A stretch of 64,000 nt of DNA from NCBI GenBank assembly GCA_028534125.1, contig CM052818.1, positions 25,112,001-25,176,000 on the forward strand, in the 5' to 3' direction. A program made the position numbers and the translations under genes. The DNA is from Lama glama (lineage: Eukaryota). Positions 25,856 through 38,370 of the stretch are shown in pieces (position 1 is the first letter of the stretch; each line of letters begins with the position of its first letter). The notes beneath the pieces were generated by a model. It saw only the letters and a list, made by a program, of their open reading frames with translations, made no database searches and was not told the origin of the DNA.

Positions 25856-26047
25856 AGTTAGGTACGTGAAAACACAGATATGTGTCGGTTGTGTTGGTTT
25901 CTAATTTTTTTAAAGTAGTATTTTTTACCGAGGAAGGAGGACTGATAGTGATTCAGTGATATCAGAAGAATCCCCAAAGTGTCTTCCTGGACTTGAAAGG
26001 GGACAGTGGTTAGCAAAGAGTAAATTTCCTTAAAAAGGCAACAACCA

Positions 26048-26260
26048 GGGGGTGGGAAGGGACAGACTGGAATTTCAAAATGTGGAATAGATAAACAAGA
26101 TTATACTTTATAGCACAGGGAAATATACACAAGATCTTATGGTAGCTCACAGCAAAAGAAAATGTGACAATGAATATATGTATGTTCATGTACAACTGAA
26201 AAATTGTGTTCTACGCTGGAATTTGACACAACATTGTAAAATGACTATAACAATAAAAAA
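26048..26260 (+). mobile_element. 5'-truncated young lineage-specific L1 3' end
   Basis: AATAAA plus poly(A); TSD aaaaaggca(a/g)caa(c/t)ca at 26032-26047 and 26261-26276; homologous to ~29420-29628. Confidence 0.85.
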
Positions 26261-29221
26261 AAAAAGGCAGCAATCATGCAGTGGAACTGTATACTTACCA
26301 AAGTGGAAGGTTTGTTTTCTTCTGGTTAGTTGAGATTGAGCTTCTGAGAAAAGTAGTTTTTATGCTTTTGAAAATGTTCTGGCATAAAACATGGTCAGAT
26401 TCACCCCCCGCTTCCCGCCCCATACCACCCCACCATGATTACCAGAAGATTATTTTTTCCTTCTGGTGGAAGCATTTGGTTCTTACCCTCTTCACGTATG
26501 TCCCTTGAGTAGAGGGGAAAAGATTGGGTCAGAACTGTAGTTAGCAAAGGCATTTAGCTGGCGGCTGATCAAGTCAAGAATCCAATCAGTTGAAGGGATT
26601 TCTTTATTAACAGGCCAGAAATATCATATCTGTTGTATTTCACCAGAATCTGTTTAGCTTTTGGTTTCATTGGTCAGCTTATACAGAAAAACTTATTTTG
26701 GAGCTTTGTTTTCAGACATTGCAGTCGCCCAACCTGCCCTCCACCAACTTCTAGCTACCCTAGCATTTGACTTAAAAGTTTTTAACAGTTTTATTGAGAT
26801 AAAACTTAACACCATCCAATTCACCCATTTAAAGTGTACAATTCAGTGAGTTGTACAACCATTCTGACTTAAGTTTGAGTCTTAAAATCAGAGACGAGAT
26901 AATAATGGATGGAATTTATTCTTCAAATTTATGTATTTTATGTAATTTATAATTCTGTTTTAACATTAGCTGCTATTAATGGCCACCAAAGGTGACTGTT
27001 ATTGCCTGGTTTTATTAAGTTATAAGGCTTGGAGAGATGTAAAAATCATTAGAAACTATCAGAATGTGGTTTAGTTTGTTTAGTCCTCATTAAAATAATA
27101 TACATAATTGCCTTGTTTTCACCATAATTTCAATTTCCTTTCTTCTCTTTACTGACTGTCTCCTTTTCTCCCACTCAGTTTTAAGGGCATCCAATCTCTT
27201 CAGCCTGCTTCAACTAAGTCATAATTAAGCTAGATTCAGTTTATTATTTGTCTATCAGTAGATGCAAAGGGAAGAGATCTTTTTTTGTGCACTGAAAATT
27301 CCCATTCTTTTAATGTAGAACATGGTAAATTTCTCCCATTGCTTAAGCAAAATCAGATCAGTTAGCATAGAGAATCTGAAAGGAACTTTAATCATTAATG
27401 CTGGTGCTTCTTCATTAGGGCTGCATAGTTTTTAAATGATGGCCATACATTTGGAACTGTTTGAGAACAGTATCTTTTTAAAAAGCACCTCATTTCCTAA
27501 AAGGACTTTGGACTTAACAGGTACAGGCTGTCATTTCACAGAAAAGTAAACTTGGTTGTGAACCACACCCAAGTTGTGGGCCATCTTACCTGGCTCATAG
27601 AATCACTTTCATAGCCTCTTGAACTTCATCTTTCTTCCAGAAATTGTTGGTAAAAGTAGTTATGATTCTCTATGAACTTGGTGTTTTCATTTTGACTAAA
27701 TGAATTACCATTTATGTAATGAATTACCACTTATATAATATTTGATTTTCATACAACGTTTAAAGTATTGGATTGGTACATACTCTTAAAAGAACTGAGG
27801 CACAGTAGGCAGGGTAGGAAATAGAGATCTGCAAGCAGGTGGCAGTGGAGGTGGGATGGTGGGGGCAGTTTCTCAGAAACATTACTGACATATTTTCTTA
27901 AGAAAACCTATTCTTCTAGAAAATTTGCCTAGTATTATTGTAAGTAGCAGTTTTGAATTGATACTCACCTCTCATTTCCCCTAGAATGACATGTAAAAAC
28001 TGTTTAATAGGAGATTTTATTGTAAAATTTCAAAATTTCCATACTCTGGGGTTTGGCAGTAAGATATTAATGTTAAGCGCAGGATTGTTTCCCTGCATCT
28101 GAGCATCACTAATCCTTAGAGAAAATGGCACCTTTTTTTGCTTCTTGTTTTTGGCTTTTGATGGAGAGGTTGGTGGGTATGTTTCTGGTTTCCAGACTTG
28201 GCTATTTCTGTAAAGATTAGGAACGTGTTGCTTGTAGTATGAGTATCAAGACAGAAAGGAATGAAATAATGTTTAACTGTGGCAGGATGGTTTATTTTTT
28301 AATTAAAAATCTTTTGACATGTAGTTGACTTACAGTCTTTCAGGCAGAGAGATTCAGTGATACATGTATATCTATTCTTTTTCATATTATTTTCCGTTAT
28401 AGGTTATTACAAGCTATTGAATATAGTTCCCTGTGCTAAACAGTAGGTCCTTGTTGCTTATCAGTTTTTTATACAGTAGTTTATATATGTTAATCCCAAA
28501 TTCCTAGTTTATCCCTCACCTCCTTTCCCCTTTGGTAACCATTAGTTTGTTTTCTGTATCTGTGAGTCTATTTCTGTTTTGTAAATAAGTTCATTCTGTC
28601 ATTTTTTTAGATTCCAAATGTAAGTGATATATAGTTGTCTTTCCCTGTTTGGTGTAACTTCACTTAGTACAATAATCTCAAGGTTCATGCATGTTGCTGC
28701 AAATGGCATTATTTTATTCTTTTTAATGGCTGAGTAGTATTCCATTGTATATACATACCACAGTTTCTTTATCTAGTCATCTGTTAATGGACATTTAGGT
28801 TGCTTCCATGTCTTCACTATTATAAATAGTGCTGTTGTGAACATTGAGGTGCAAGTATTTGTTTGAATTAGAGTTTTCATCTCCTGGAGTAATGGAAACA
28901 AAAGCAAAAATAAACAGATGGGACCTAAGTAAACTTAAAAGCTTTTGCACAGCAGAGGAGAAACTATAAACAAAACAAAAAGACAACCTTCAGAATGGGA
29001 GAAAATATTTGAAAACAATGTGACTGACAAGAGATTAATTTCCAACTGTGCAGACAGCTTATACAGCTCAATATCAGAAAAACAAACCACCCAATCAAAA
29101 GATGGGCAGAAGACCTAAATAGATATTTCTCCAAGGAAGGCATACAGATAGTCAACAGGCACATAAAAAGATGTTCAACATCGTTAATTATTAGAGAAAT
29201 GCAAATTAAAACTATGATGAG

Positions 29222-30330
29222 CCATTTGCAGCAACATGGATGCTCCTAGAGAATGTCATTCTAAGTGAAGTAAGCCAGAAAGAGAAAGAAAAATACCATA
29301 TGAGATCGCTCATATGTGGAATCTAAAAAACAAACAAACAAACAAAAACAAAGCGTAAATACAGGACAGAAATAGACTCAATGGACAGAGAATACAGACT
29401 TGTGGTTACCAGGGGGGTAGAGGGTGGGAAGGGATAGACTGGGATTTCAAAATTGTAGAATAGATGAACAAGATTACACTGTATAGCACAGGGAAATATA
29501 CACAAAATGTTATGATAAATCACAGAGAAAAAAATGTGACAATGAGTGTGTATATGTCCATGAATGACTGAAAAATTGTGCTGAACACTGGAATTTGACA
29601 CAACATTGTAAAATGATTATAAATCAATNNNNNNNNNNNNNNNNNNNNNNNNNNNNNNNNNNNNNNNNNNNNNNNNNNNNNNNNNNNNNNNNNNNNNNNN
29701 NNNNNNNNNNNNNNNNNNNNNNNNNNNNNNNNNNNNNNNNNNNNNNNNNNNNNNNNNNNNNNNNNNNNNNNNNNNNNNNNNNNNNNNNNNNNNNNNNNNN
29801 NNNNNNNNNNNNNNNNNNNNNNNNNNNNNNNNNNNNNNNNNNNNNNNNNNNNNNNNNNNNNNNNNNNNNNNNNNNNNNNNNNNNNNNNNNNNNNNNNNNN
29901 NNNNNNNNNNNNNNNNNNNNNNNNNNNNNNNNNNNNNNNNNNNNNNNNNNNNNNNNNNNNNNNNNNNNNNNNNNNNNNNNNNNNNNNNNNNNNNNNNNNN
30001 NNNNNNNNNNNNNNNNNNNNNNNNNNNNNNNNNNNNNNNNNNNNNNNNNNNNNNNNNNNNNNNNNNNNNNNNNNNNNNNNNNNNNNNNNNNNNNNNNNNN
30101 NNNNNNNNNNNNNNNNNNNNNNNNNNNNAGACTGGGATTTCAAAATTGTAGAATAGATGAACAAGATTACACTGTATAGCACAGGGAAATATACACAAAA
30201 TGTTATGATAAATCACAGAGAAAAAAATGTGACAATGAGTGTGTATATGTCCATGAATGACTGAAAAATTGTGCTGAACACTGGAATTTGACACAACATT
30301 GTAAAATGATTATAAATCAATAAAAAAAAT
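29222..30330 (+). mobile_element. Younger L1 3' end nested in the inverted L1; spans the assembly gap
   Basis: TSD aaaactatg(a/g)tgag at 29208-29221 and 30331-30344, at a TT/AAAA site; A-rich tail. Confidence 0.85.
29629..30128. other. Assembly gap (500 N)
   Basis: Run of N; flanks 29436-29628 and 30129-30321 read as identical. Confidence 0.99.
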
Positions 30331-31729
30331 AAAACTATGGTGAGATATCACCTCACTCCAATCACAATGATCATCATCAAAAAGTCTACAAATAATAAAT
30401 ATTGGAAAGGATGTGGAAAAAAGGGAATCCTCTTACATTGTTGGTAGGTCTGTAAATTGTGCAGCCACTATGGAAAACAGTATGGAGGTTCCTTGAAAAA
30501 TGAAGAACAGAGTTACCATGTGATCCAGCAGTCCCACTCCTGGGCATATGTTCAGAAAAACGAAAACTCTACTGTGGCAGAATGTTTTAATGCTGACCGT
30601 GATGATCACATTGTTCAGCTAGCGGATACTCCTTGAGCTACTCTTCTTTTGGAGTCACCTTGGGAAAGTATAATGGGAATCTGTGAATAACTGTGTGTGC
30701 TGTTACTTAAAGATGCAGAGACTGACAAGAGGGGAAAGGCACAGTGTACTTTGGGAATATATCAGAATCTTGTACATTTTCTGCAAGATGCAGGAGATTA
30801 AAGCCCCCATGAGTGGCCAAGTGATCCAAAGCTGGACTTTCCCAGGAGCTTCTTTTTCTTAGTCAGCACATATGTAGTTGAGCCTAGACATCTTATGCCA
30901 AGAACTTTCCAGGTAGCTCTGAGAAAGACAGTTGTGAGCAGATTCCTTTGTCCAGTGGCACAGTGTGCCTGCCTCTACCTGGCCTGGCCTTTCTTACGAC
31001 TTTTTCTGATTGCATTCTCTCCTGTATAGTCCCTGTTCCTAGAACGTGCACTGTTACCGTAGTTGCTGTTCCATGTGCAGCAGATGGATTCTCACAGGTA
31101 ACCTCAGTCTCATAGTGACTGGCTGTGACCTGTTTTTGGCTGTTAGTCTCTGGTTTCAGTTGTTTTGTGGTTGTGCTTGTTTTTCTCACCAATAGCAGTA
31201 TCTAACCATTGACTCTGTGCCCAGTCCATCCTCCAGGCTGCCCTGGAGTTTTCCGACTCTGTTCTGATCTGAACCCCATCCTCCGGGCATGAGGATACTG
31301 GTGGAGAGACAGTGAGGAGAACCTCGATTCTACTCCTAACTAGGAAATAAACAGATGAGTGTGCTTCAGTTACTTAACTGTCATCTTCTCATCTCTTGCT
31401 AAGTCCTCTTTACTTTGTGTTGGAATTTGATCTCTCCTGTCATTCATTATCTTCTGGTACGAGGACTTGGCTTTTTTACTGCCACTGTATATTCTTTGAT
31501 GAATTTCTTCATATCTTGAGTAAAACTGAACACTGGGATACAGTTTCTCCTTTTGCTAAGAAAGAAATCACATAATCCTTTGTTGGGTCTCTCTGCTGGT
31601 AGCTTCAGGGAGGTAGAAGTTAGTTACGTGTAACAGACAGTGAGACAAGGGAAGAATCTTAAAAATGATTGAAATAGCAGTATCAGCCAAGTAGATATCA
31701 CTTGGCCAGATAGGAAGTTATTACCCTCT

Positions 31730-31950
31730 TGAATTAGAGTGCTGGATTTGAATTTAAGCTCTGCTAGTTTTTTTTAGCTTTGTGACCTTAGACACCTGAT
31801 TTATCTTTTCTATGCCTCGGTTTCATTTGTGAGATAAAAATGATGAACTAGTACTTACCTCAGAAGGTTATTGTGAGGTTTAAATAAAGTATTTAAATCT
31901 TAGTACATTACCCTGCACATACTAAGTACTCCATAAATGTTAACTATTAG
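31730..31950 (+). mobile_element. MIR SINE
   Basis: tgtgaccttag...tatgcctcggtttc...ttgtgaggtttaaataa. Confidence 0.7.
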
Positions 31951-32497
31951 TGTAATACTATTTGTCCCTGTTATTTATTACATAAATTTGAGGTGGTAGT
32001 CATGACTCTGTTTAGGGAAGTCCTTCTAAGTATTTCCAGGGTTTTATTTATTTGTTTTATTTTTATTTTATTATCAGCCTGTCTCAATCATATTCTCTCT
32101 GTCACATCATCTGGGGTTTTTCCTCCTGCAGAGCACTAATCAATCTGATATTTTCTTGTGTTTGTTTCCCACCACTGGCATGTAAGCTTTGTGGGATCAG
32201 GGGCCTCTGTCCTATTCATTGTTTTATCTCTGACTTCTGGTGTGGTCCCTGGAACACAGGAGAAGCTCAGTAAATATTCTGGAGGAAGACTAACTGCTAT
32301 AGTTAGTATTCAGTGTGTAGCTGAGGGGAGATGGCAGTGACTCTGCAGCTAGGAATCGCTGACATTTTGTTCTCCTCTAGAGCTATTTTGTCTTTTTTCC
32401 AGGTCCCTGACCTTCTGGCTGTCAGTTGATTTTGCCTCTGGAAGTATGTTTTCCTCTGACTTGATTCTTCTTTTCTTACCTTGTTTGGTGCATTAGT

Positions 32498-32792
32498 GTA
32501 GTTTCCCAAAATTTGTTTTCTGGAGCATTAGATTCTTAAAATGATCCTTAATTAAAGGATTAACGATTCTGTAAACAAATAAGATTGGGAAATGCTGCTA
32601 GTCCCTTCCTCCACATGCAGATTCACAGTATGTATTAGCATATTGAAGATTCTGAAAACTCCCGTAACAGATGTACTTTTTAACTTTGATCAGTTATTTT
32701 TCTAAACTAATTGATCATAAATCTAAACACATTTTTTTAACCTAATGACTATAATATCCCAGTTCCCCAGAACACACTTTGGGAAATGCAAA
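32498..32792. mobile_element. hAT-Charlie MITE (MER103/Charlie4-like)
   Basis: Inverted termini gtttcccaaa ... tttgggaaatgc; a related copy lies at ~10040-10212. Confidence 0.6.
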
Positions 32793-33189
32793 CTAGCTGT
32801 TTATAGTGAAACATTGAATTTTGCAACTTCAAGTGGATTTTTATTGGGATTCCCATCCAGTGCCTTTTGTCATACCTTCAGTTCTATTCACTCAAGAGTC
32901 TGTGTTTGGTTTTTAAAAATTAAACAGAATTTCAACTAATTGTACACATATTGTACACTTATTATGTATAAGCACCACTCTATGGATTCCTGGGTATAAA
33001 AACACAAGTAAGGCAGTCTAGGAGCTCACAGCCTTAACAGGGAAAACAGTCATACAAATAACCATAATAACAGTGTGATTTTATTTTAGAAGTATATTTT
33101 AAGTTCTGTGATGTGGTACGAGTAGAAATTCTGCGTTAGGATGCCAAGAAAAGTTAACACTGTGGAAATGACTTTTAAAATTTTTTCCC

Positions 33190-35640
33190 TTTTAAGAAAT
33201 GCTTTTTGGAGGTGTAATTGACATACAGTAAACTGTGTGATTTGACAAGTTTTGATGTATGTGTATATACCTGTGAAGCCACAGCCATCACAGCAATCAA
33301 AATAATAATGTATACATATCCTCAAAAGTTTATTGTGTCCCCATATTATCTTTCTTGCTCCTGACCTTTCTGGCCTCTAGCTAGTTCCCAGGCAACCTCT
33401 GATCTACTTTCTGTCAGTTTAGATTAGTTTGCAGTTCCTAGACTTTTATGTGCATGGAATCATAGAGTATGTACTATTTTGTCCAGCTTCTTTTACTTAG
33501 CTTAATTATTGTGATATTTATCTGTGTTGTTGAGTGTATCAGTATTTATTCCTTTTTATTGTTGAGTAGTGTTCCATTTACAAAGCATAAGAATTACTCA
33601 GGACTGTATTAACAGACTGATTTCTAGTAAATTTGTGAAGTTGTGCAGTTATCTCTACAATCTAATTTAGAAGGCATCCCTCATCCCTGAAGATTTGTTT
33701 ATATGCCTTTGATTTCAGTTCAGTTTGATTATGATGTGCTTTAATGTTTTTCTGCGTATTTCTTGTGCTGGGAGTTAATTAAGGTTTCTTGGATCTGTGG
33801 ATTTGTAGTTTTCATCAAATTGGAACAAATTTGACCATTATTAAAAAAAATTTTCTGGTTACCTGTTTATTTGGCTGCTTGAAGTTGTCCCGCAGCTAAC
33901 TGATACTCTGATCATTTTATTCCAGTCTTTTTTCTCTCTCTGTTTCATTTTGCATAGTTTATATCTGCTATTTTTTCAGTCCACTAATCTTTCTCAGCTG
34001 TGGTGTCTAATCTGCTGTTATCCTATTCAGTGTATATTTTACCTCCATTATTTTAATTTTCATCTATTAGTATGGTTTGGATCTTTTTCATAGTCTGTAT
34101 TTCTAGTTAACTTGCTCAATCTTTACTTTCTTTAACATATGGAATATAGTTATATTATTTTATTATTTTTTGTCCTTTATTATATTAGTCTAATAAAGTA
34201 TTTATTATTTTAATGTCCTTGTCTGCTAATTCTTTTTTTGACTCTGTTTTTGATCGATTTTCCTTCTCGTTTTATGGGTTGTGTTTTCCTAGTGCTTTAT
34301 GCGTTCAGTAATTTTTAGTGGATCTAGACATTGTAAATTTTGCCTTAAATGTGTTGGATATTTTTGTATTCTTGTTAATGTTCTTGAGCTTTGTTCTGTG
34401 GTATAGTGAAGTTACTTTGGAAACATCTTTTTGAGGTTTGATTTAAAGCTGAGTTAGATGGAAACAGAACAGCCTGTAACTTAGGGCTAATTTTTCCCAG
34501 TACTGAGGTGATATCTTTCTGAGTATTTTTACCCATTGCCAAGCTGCGAGGTTTTCTACTCTGGCTGGTGGGACCATGAACTCTTTCTGGCCCTTAGGGA
34601 ACTTTGGGAATTGTCCCCTCACCTCCTTCCTGGTAGTTCTGTTTTAGGCCTCGTGTCCCGGGGGTCAGTCCTGAGCTGAGAACTAGAGATGGAGATGGAC
34701 CCTGCAGATTCCTGAAACTATCTCTCTCTGCAGTTCTCCGCTCTGCAACTGTGTCCAGTGACTCTAGCGGCCTTGGTTTCTCCACATTCCGAGCTCCATC
34801 TCCTTGATTCGGGGAGACCATCAGACTCCATGTGGATTTCCCATCAGGCTCCATGTGGATTTCCCCACCCCGCACTCATGCCTGAAAATTATCTCTAGAC
34901 TGTAAGCTGGGACAGTTGTAGAGCTCTGGCTTTCTTTTTCTATTTTCAGGAATCACTGTAGTTTACTGTCTGAAGTTCAATGCCTAAAAACCACTGTTTA
35001 AAATTTCACTTATTCAGTTTTTTTCGGAGGGAAGGGTAAAACTGGTCCTGGCTACTCTATCTTGGCCAAGTATCATCCTTTTGGAAACTAAAAAACCACT
35101 TTATTACTCACTAGTTAAAAGGGAAATTACAATAAAAATTATACAGTAATTATGTCAGTGGAAAATTATCAAAACTATGGCCATAGGTGAAACAGGACTT
35201 GCAGTTGTAATTTTCAGTTGCAAATTCATTTATTAAACACAAGAAAGAACAAAAAATAAAATGATTAAGCATTTGCCCCAACAATTAGAAAAAAAGTAAA
35301 CTCATAAGCACTGGAAGACATGGAAACAAAAAGGATGGACAGGAATTAAATAGAAAAACAGAGGAAGAACAAGGGAGGGAGGGAAGGAGAGAGAGTGTGT
35401 GCGTGCTGTCCATAAACCCTAAAGCCGGATGTTTGAAAAAATATGTGAAAAAAGACAAGTTTCTGACAGGGTCACCTAAAAAATAAAAGAGAAGGCATAA
35501 GACAGTATTTATTGATTGATTGTTATTAAGAACAAAAAGAGGGTATACTTACCAATATAGCAGATATTTTTAAACTCATAAGGGAATGTTATGAGCCACT
35601 CATTCTAATAAAAGTGAAAGCCTGGTGGATGCGTGGATTG
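33190..35640. mobile_element. Old L1M fragments (antisense 3' and 5'/ORF1 pieces to ~35070, then a sense ORF2 remnant)
   Basis: L1 3' motif tgacaagttttgatgtatgtgtatatacctgtgaagcc; A-rich ORF2-like text after ~35080. Confidence 0.65.
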
Positions 35641-36999
35641 TAAAAGTCAAGACAGTCCGGATTGGAAACCGTTGCAGTATTCCGGAGAGGAGATGATAGC
35701 GGCCTGCACCTTGGGGCACTAGGAATGGAAACAGCAGTAAGAAGATTGAGCAGACATTTATCATCCTGTGAATGAGAGGTGGGGAGTCTCAGAGAAAGGT
35801 TAAGGTATTGGGTTATAAGATTCTGGTTTGGATGGTATTTTATTGCCCAGTAGTGTTACACCTGAGGAATGCAGGATTTGGTGAGGGGGAGGGTGGAAGT
35901 TGAGGTATACGGGGGACAAGTGGCATTGTCTAGTTGGGTCTTGAACTTTGAAGAGGGTTCTTGCTAAATTGTCTGCTTATGTTGTTGCAGAACTGGGTTC
36001 TTGTTTCTAAACACCAGCTTGGTTTTGTTTTTGTGAATATGCCTTTAAACATATCCAGAAATATAAAATACCTTTAAAAAATCAGATTAAACCCACCCCC
36101 ATATAAATATTATTTACCCAGCTAGATCTTAGATAGCAGAACAAAGATCCTACTCAGAGCAGTCTCTTGTAATAAACACTAAAACGTATGCTTGTAATCA
36201 GAGCCCTTAAATTTTTGGCACAGTTCTTTGTAAGTACTCGGATTTCTCTGAGTGATGTGACTGTGACTTGGATTCTGATACTCTGGAAGTCATTGCCAGG
36301 TTTATCTGACCCTGCTCTCAGGCAGCTGGGGCAGCCTTCCATCGTACCTTTCATTTCACTAATTAGCCCCTAAAATTCTTTTTAAATGGGCCACTTCGAC
36401 TTATGTTAGTGAGGTGCTACAGGTAGAATTTGCTTTTCTCTCCTGGTTCTAAACAAAACCCCTAGTTACCCCAAAGATGGAAGAAAGGTGCTTCCCATGT
36501 CCTTTTTTGTTCTCTGGGAGAAGAGACTGTGGCAAACACTGGAGTGGCCTTTCCTCTTATGCTTTCATTCCTTGACTGGTTAGAAAGCTGCCACATACCA
36601 CTGCCACCCTGCCAGTTTTAGCATAATCCTAACCTGACCTGCACTGAGCTGGCTATTATTAAAGCCTTTGTCTACATTGTCAGAAGTATTTACTGCCTGG
36701 CACAAGCGTTTGCTCTGCCTACTGACTTCTTACTGACATGTGAAGTGCAACTGTGTCTCCATCTAGGCCTATAGTGTGCTTTTTGCAATGTAAGTTTTCA
36801 AAGTGCCAGAGGTCCTCTGGTTTTAATAGATTACTTTGAAATTTGGTATGAGCATATAGACAGATTTGATTGCATTGATGTTTCACACAGTGATCAGTTA
36901 ATTCCTTTAAGTATCACTCAGAGGAAAGGCTTATACCATGGTCCAATAAATTTTTTGACCAAACATTAACCAAATCACAAAGTTCTTGTTATCTTTTAA

Positions 37000-38370
37000 T
37001 TTCAAGTTTAATTGTTGACTTACAATTTTTAGAATAGAGAATATATTTATTTACATGTTTCAGAAATCAAAATGCTGTTTTAAACAATGTATGTACCTTG
37101 AGAAGACTTGCTCTTACCCATCCCCATCCAATCCTCTCCCAAGCATGTAATTGTTTTTACAGATTTCTGTTTATTCTTTCCAACTTTCTTTATGCAGATA
37201 GCTAATTAAATGTGTATTCTTGTTTTCCTCATCCTTTCACTCAAAAAGTAACATACTAATATTCTTCACTTTGTAGTTTTATTTTGTTTTTCATTTTTAT
37301 ACTTTGGAGCTCTCTCCATATCAGTACATAAAGATCTTTCTTTTTATTTGTTTGGTTTTGGCTGCATAGTATTCAGTTGTGTGTATGTGGCATAGTTTAT
37401 TCAACCAGTTCTCTGTTGCCAAGCACTTGAATGTGTTTAGTTTTTTGCTATTACAAATAGTTTTGTAAAGAGTAACTTTATTATTAATTTGTTATTTCCT
37501 ATGTATGTAGGTATCTTATTTAGGTTCCTAGAAATGTTTCCTAGGTAAAAGGGTAAATGCATCTGTAATTTTGGTAGATATTATTGGATTCCCTTTGTAG
37601 AAGGGTTGTGCATTTTGCATTCCTATCAGTAGTGTGTAAGGGGCCTTTGAGCACCTGTATCCCCACAGGTTGATGAGAGTGTGGTTGGACTTACATCAGA
37701 TTTTGCCTGTGATGAGAAATGCTATCTCAGTGTATTTTTTTTAATTTGCATTTCTGTTATTGTGAGTTAGGCTAAGGATCTTATATGCTTACATTTTCTA
37801 TCAGACTGTCTATTTCTGGAAACTTTGGCTCTGTTTCTGGACTTTATATATCCCTTGATCTGTCCCATTCATTTGCCACTTCTATACTGTTTTAACTCTT
37901 GGGGCTTTACAAAATATGCTTTAATATCTGTTAGAGTTGTTTGCTTATCTTTTTCAGAGTTTCCCTGCCAATTATTGCTTATTTATTTTTCAGTAAGTTC
38001 TTTAGAATCAGCCTGTCTAGTTCCTGGAGGAAAAATAAGCTGGTATTTTTACTGGGTTTGTGTAAATCATAAATAACCGTAAGAAAAATTGATGCCTTTA
38101 TGATGTTTAGTCTCTCTCTCCAAGAATATGGTTATAGCTTTCCCTTCATTCAATTCTATTTTCATTTTTAAAGGTTTTTAAAAGTTTTCTTCATTAGTTG
38201 CACATTCTAGTTAAGTGAAAATGTACAAATATTTTACTTTTCTTATTTGAAATGAGGTCTCTTCTTCCTTTCAATCTTGTGTTGTTGTTTGCATATATGT
38301 ATATATGAAGGCTGTTTCTGTATATTCATTTTATGGCTTACTGTCTTACTGAATTCCCTTATGTTTGTGG
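37000..38370 (-). mobile_element. Old L1ME-type fragment
   Basis: ggctgcatagtattc...ttttttgctattacaaatag...tttgcattcctatcagtagtgtg. Confidence 0.65.

Larger units (their letters stand above)
28294..30570 (-). mobile_element. L1 with 5' inversion (twin-primed): 3' part antisense 28294-28880; inverted ORF2 part on + at 28881-29221 and 30345-30570
   Basis: Flanking TSD actgtggcag(g/a)atg(g/t)ttt at 28276-28293 and 30571-30588; orientation switch near 28880. Confidence 0.85.

Noticed and set aside
29520..30294. Long ORFs of 194-225 aa
   Set aside because: Artefacts of translating the N gap.
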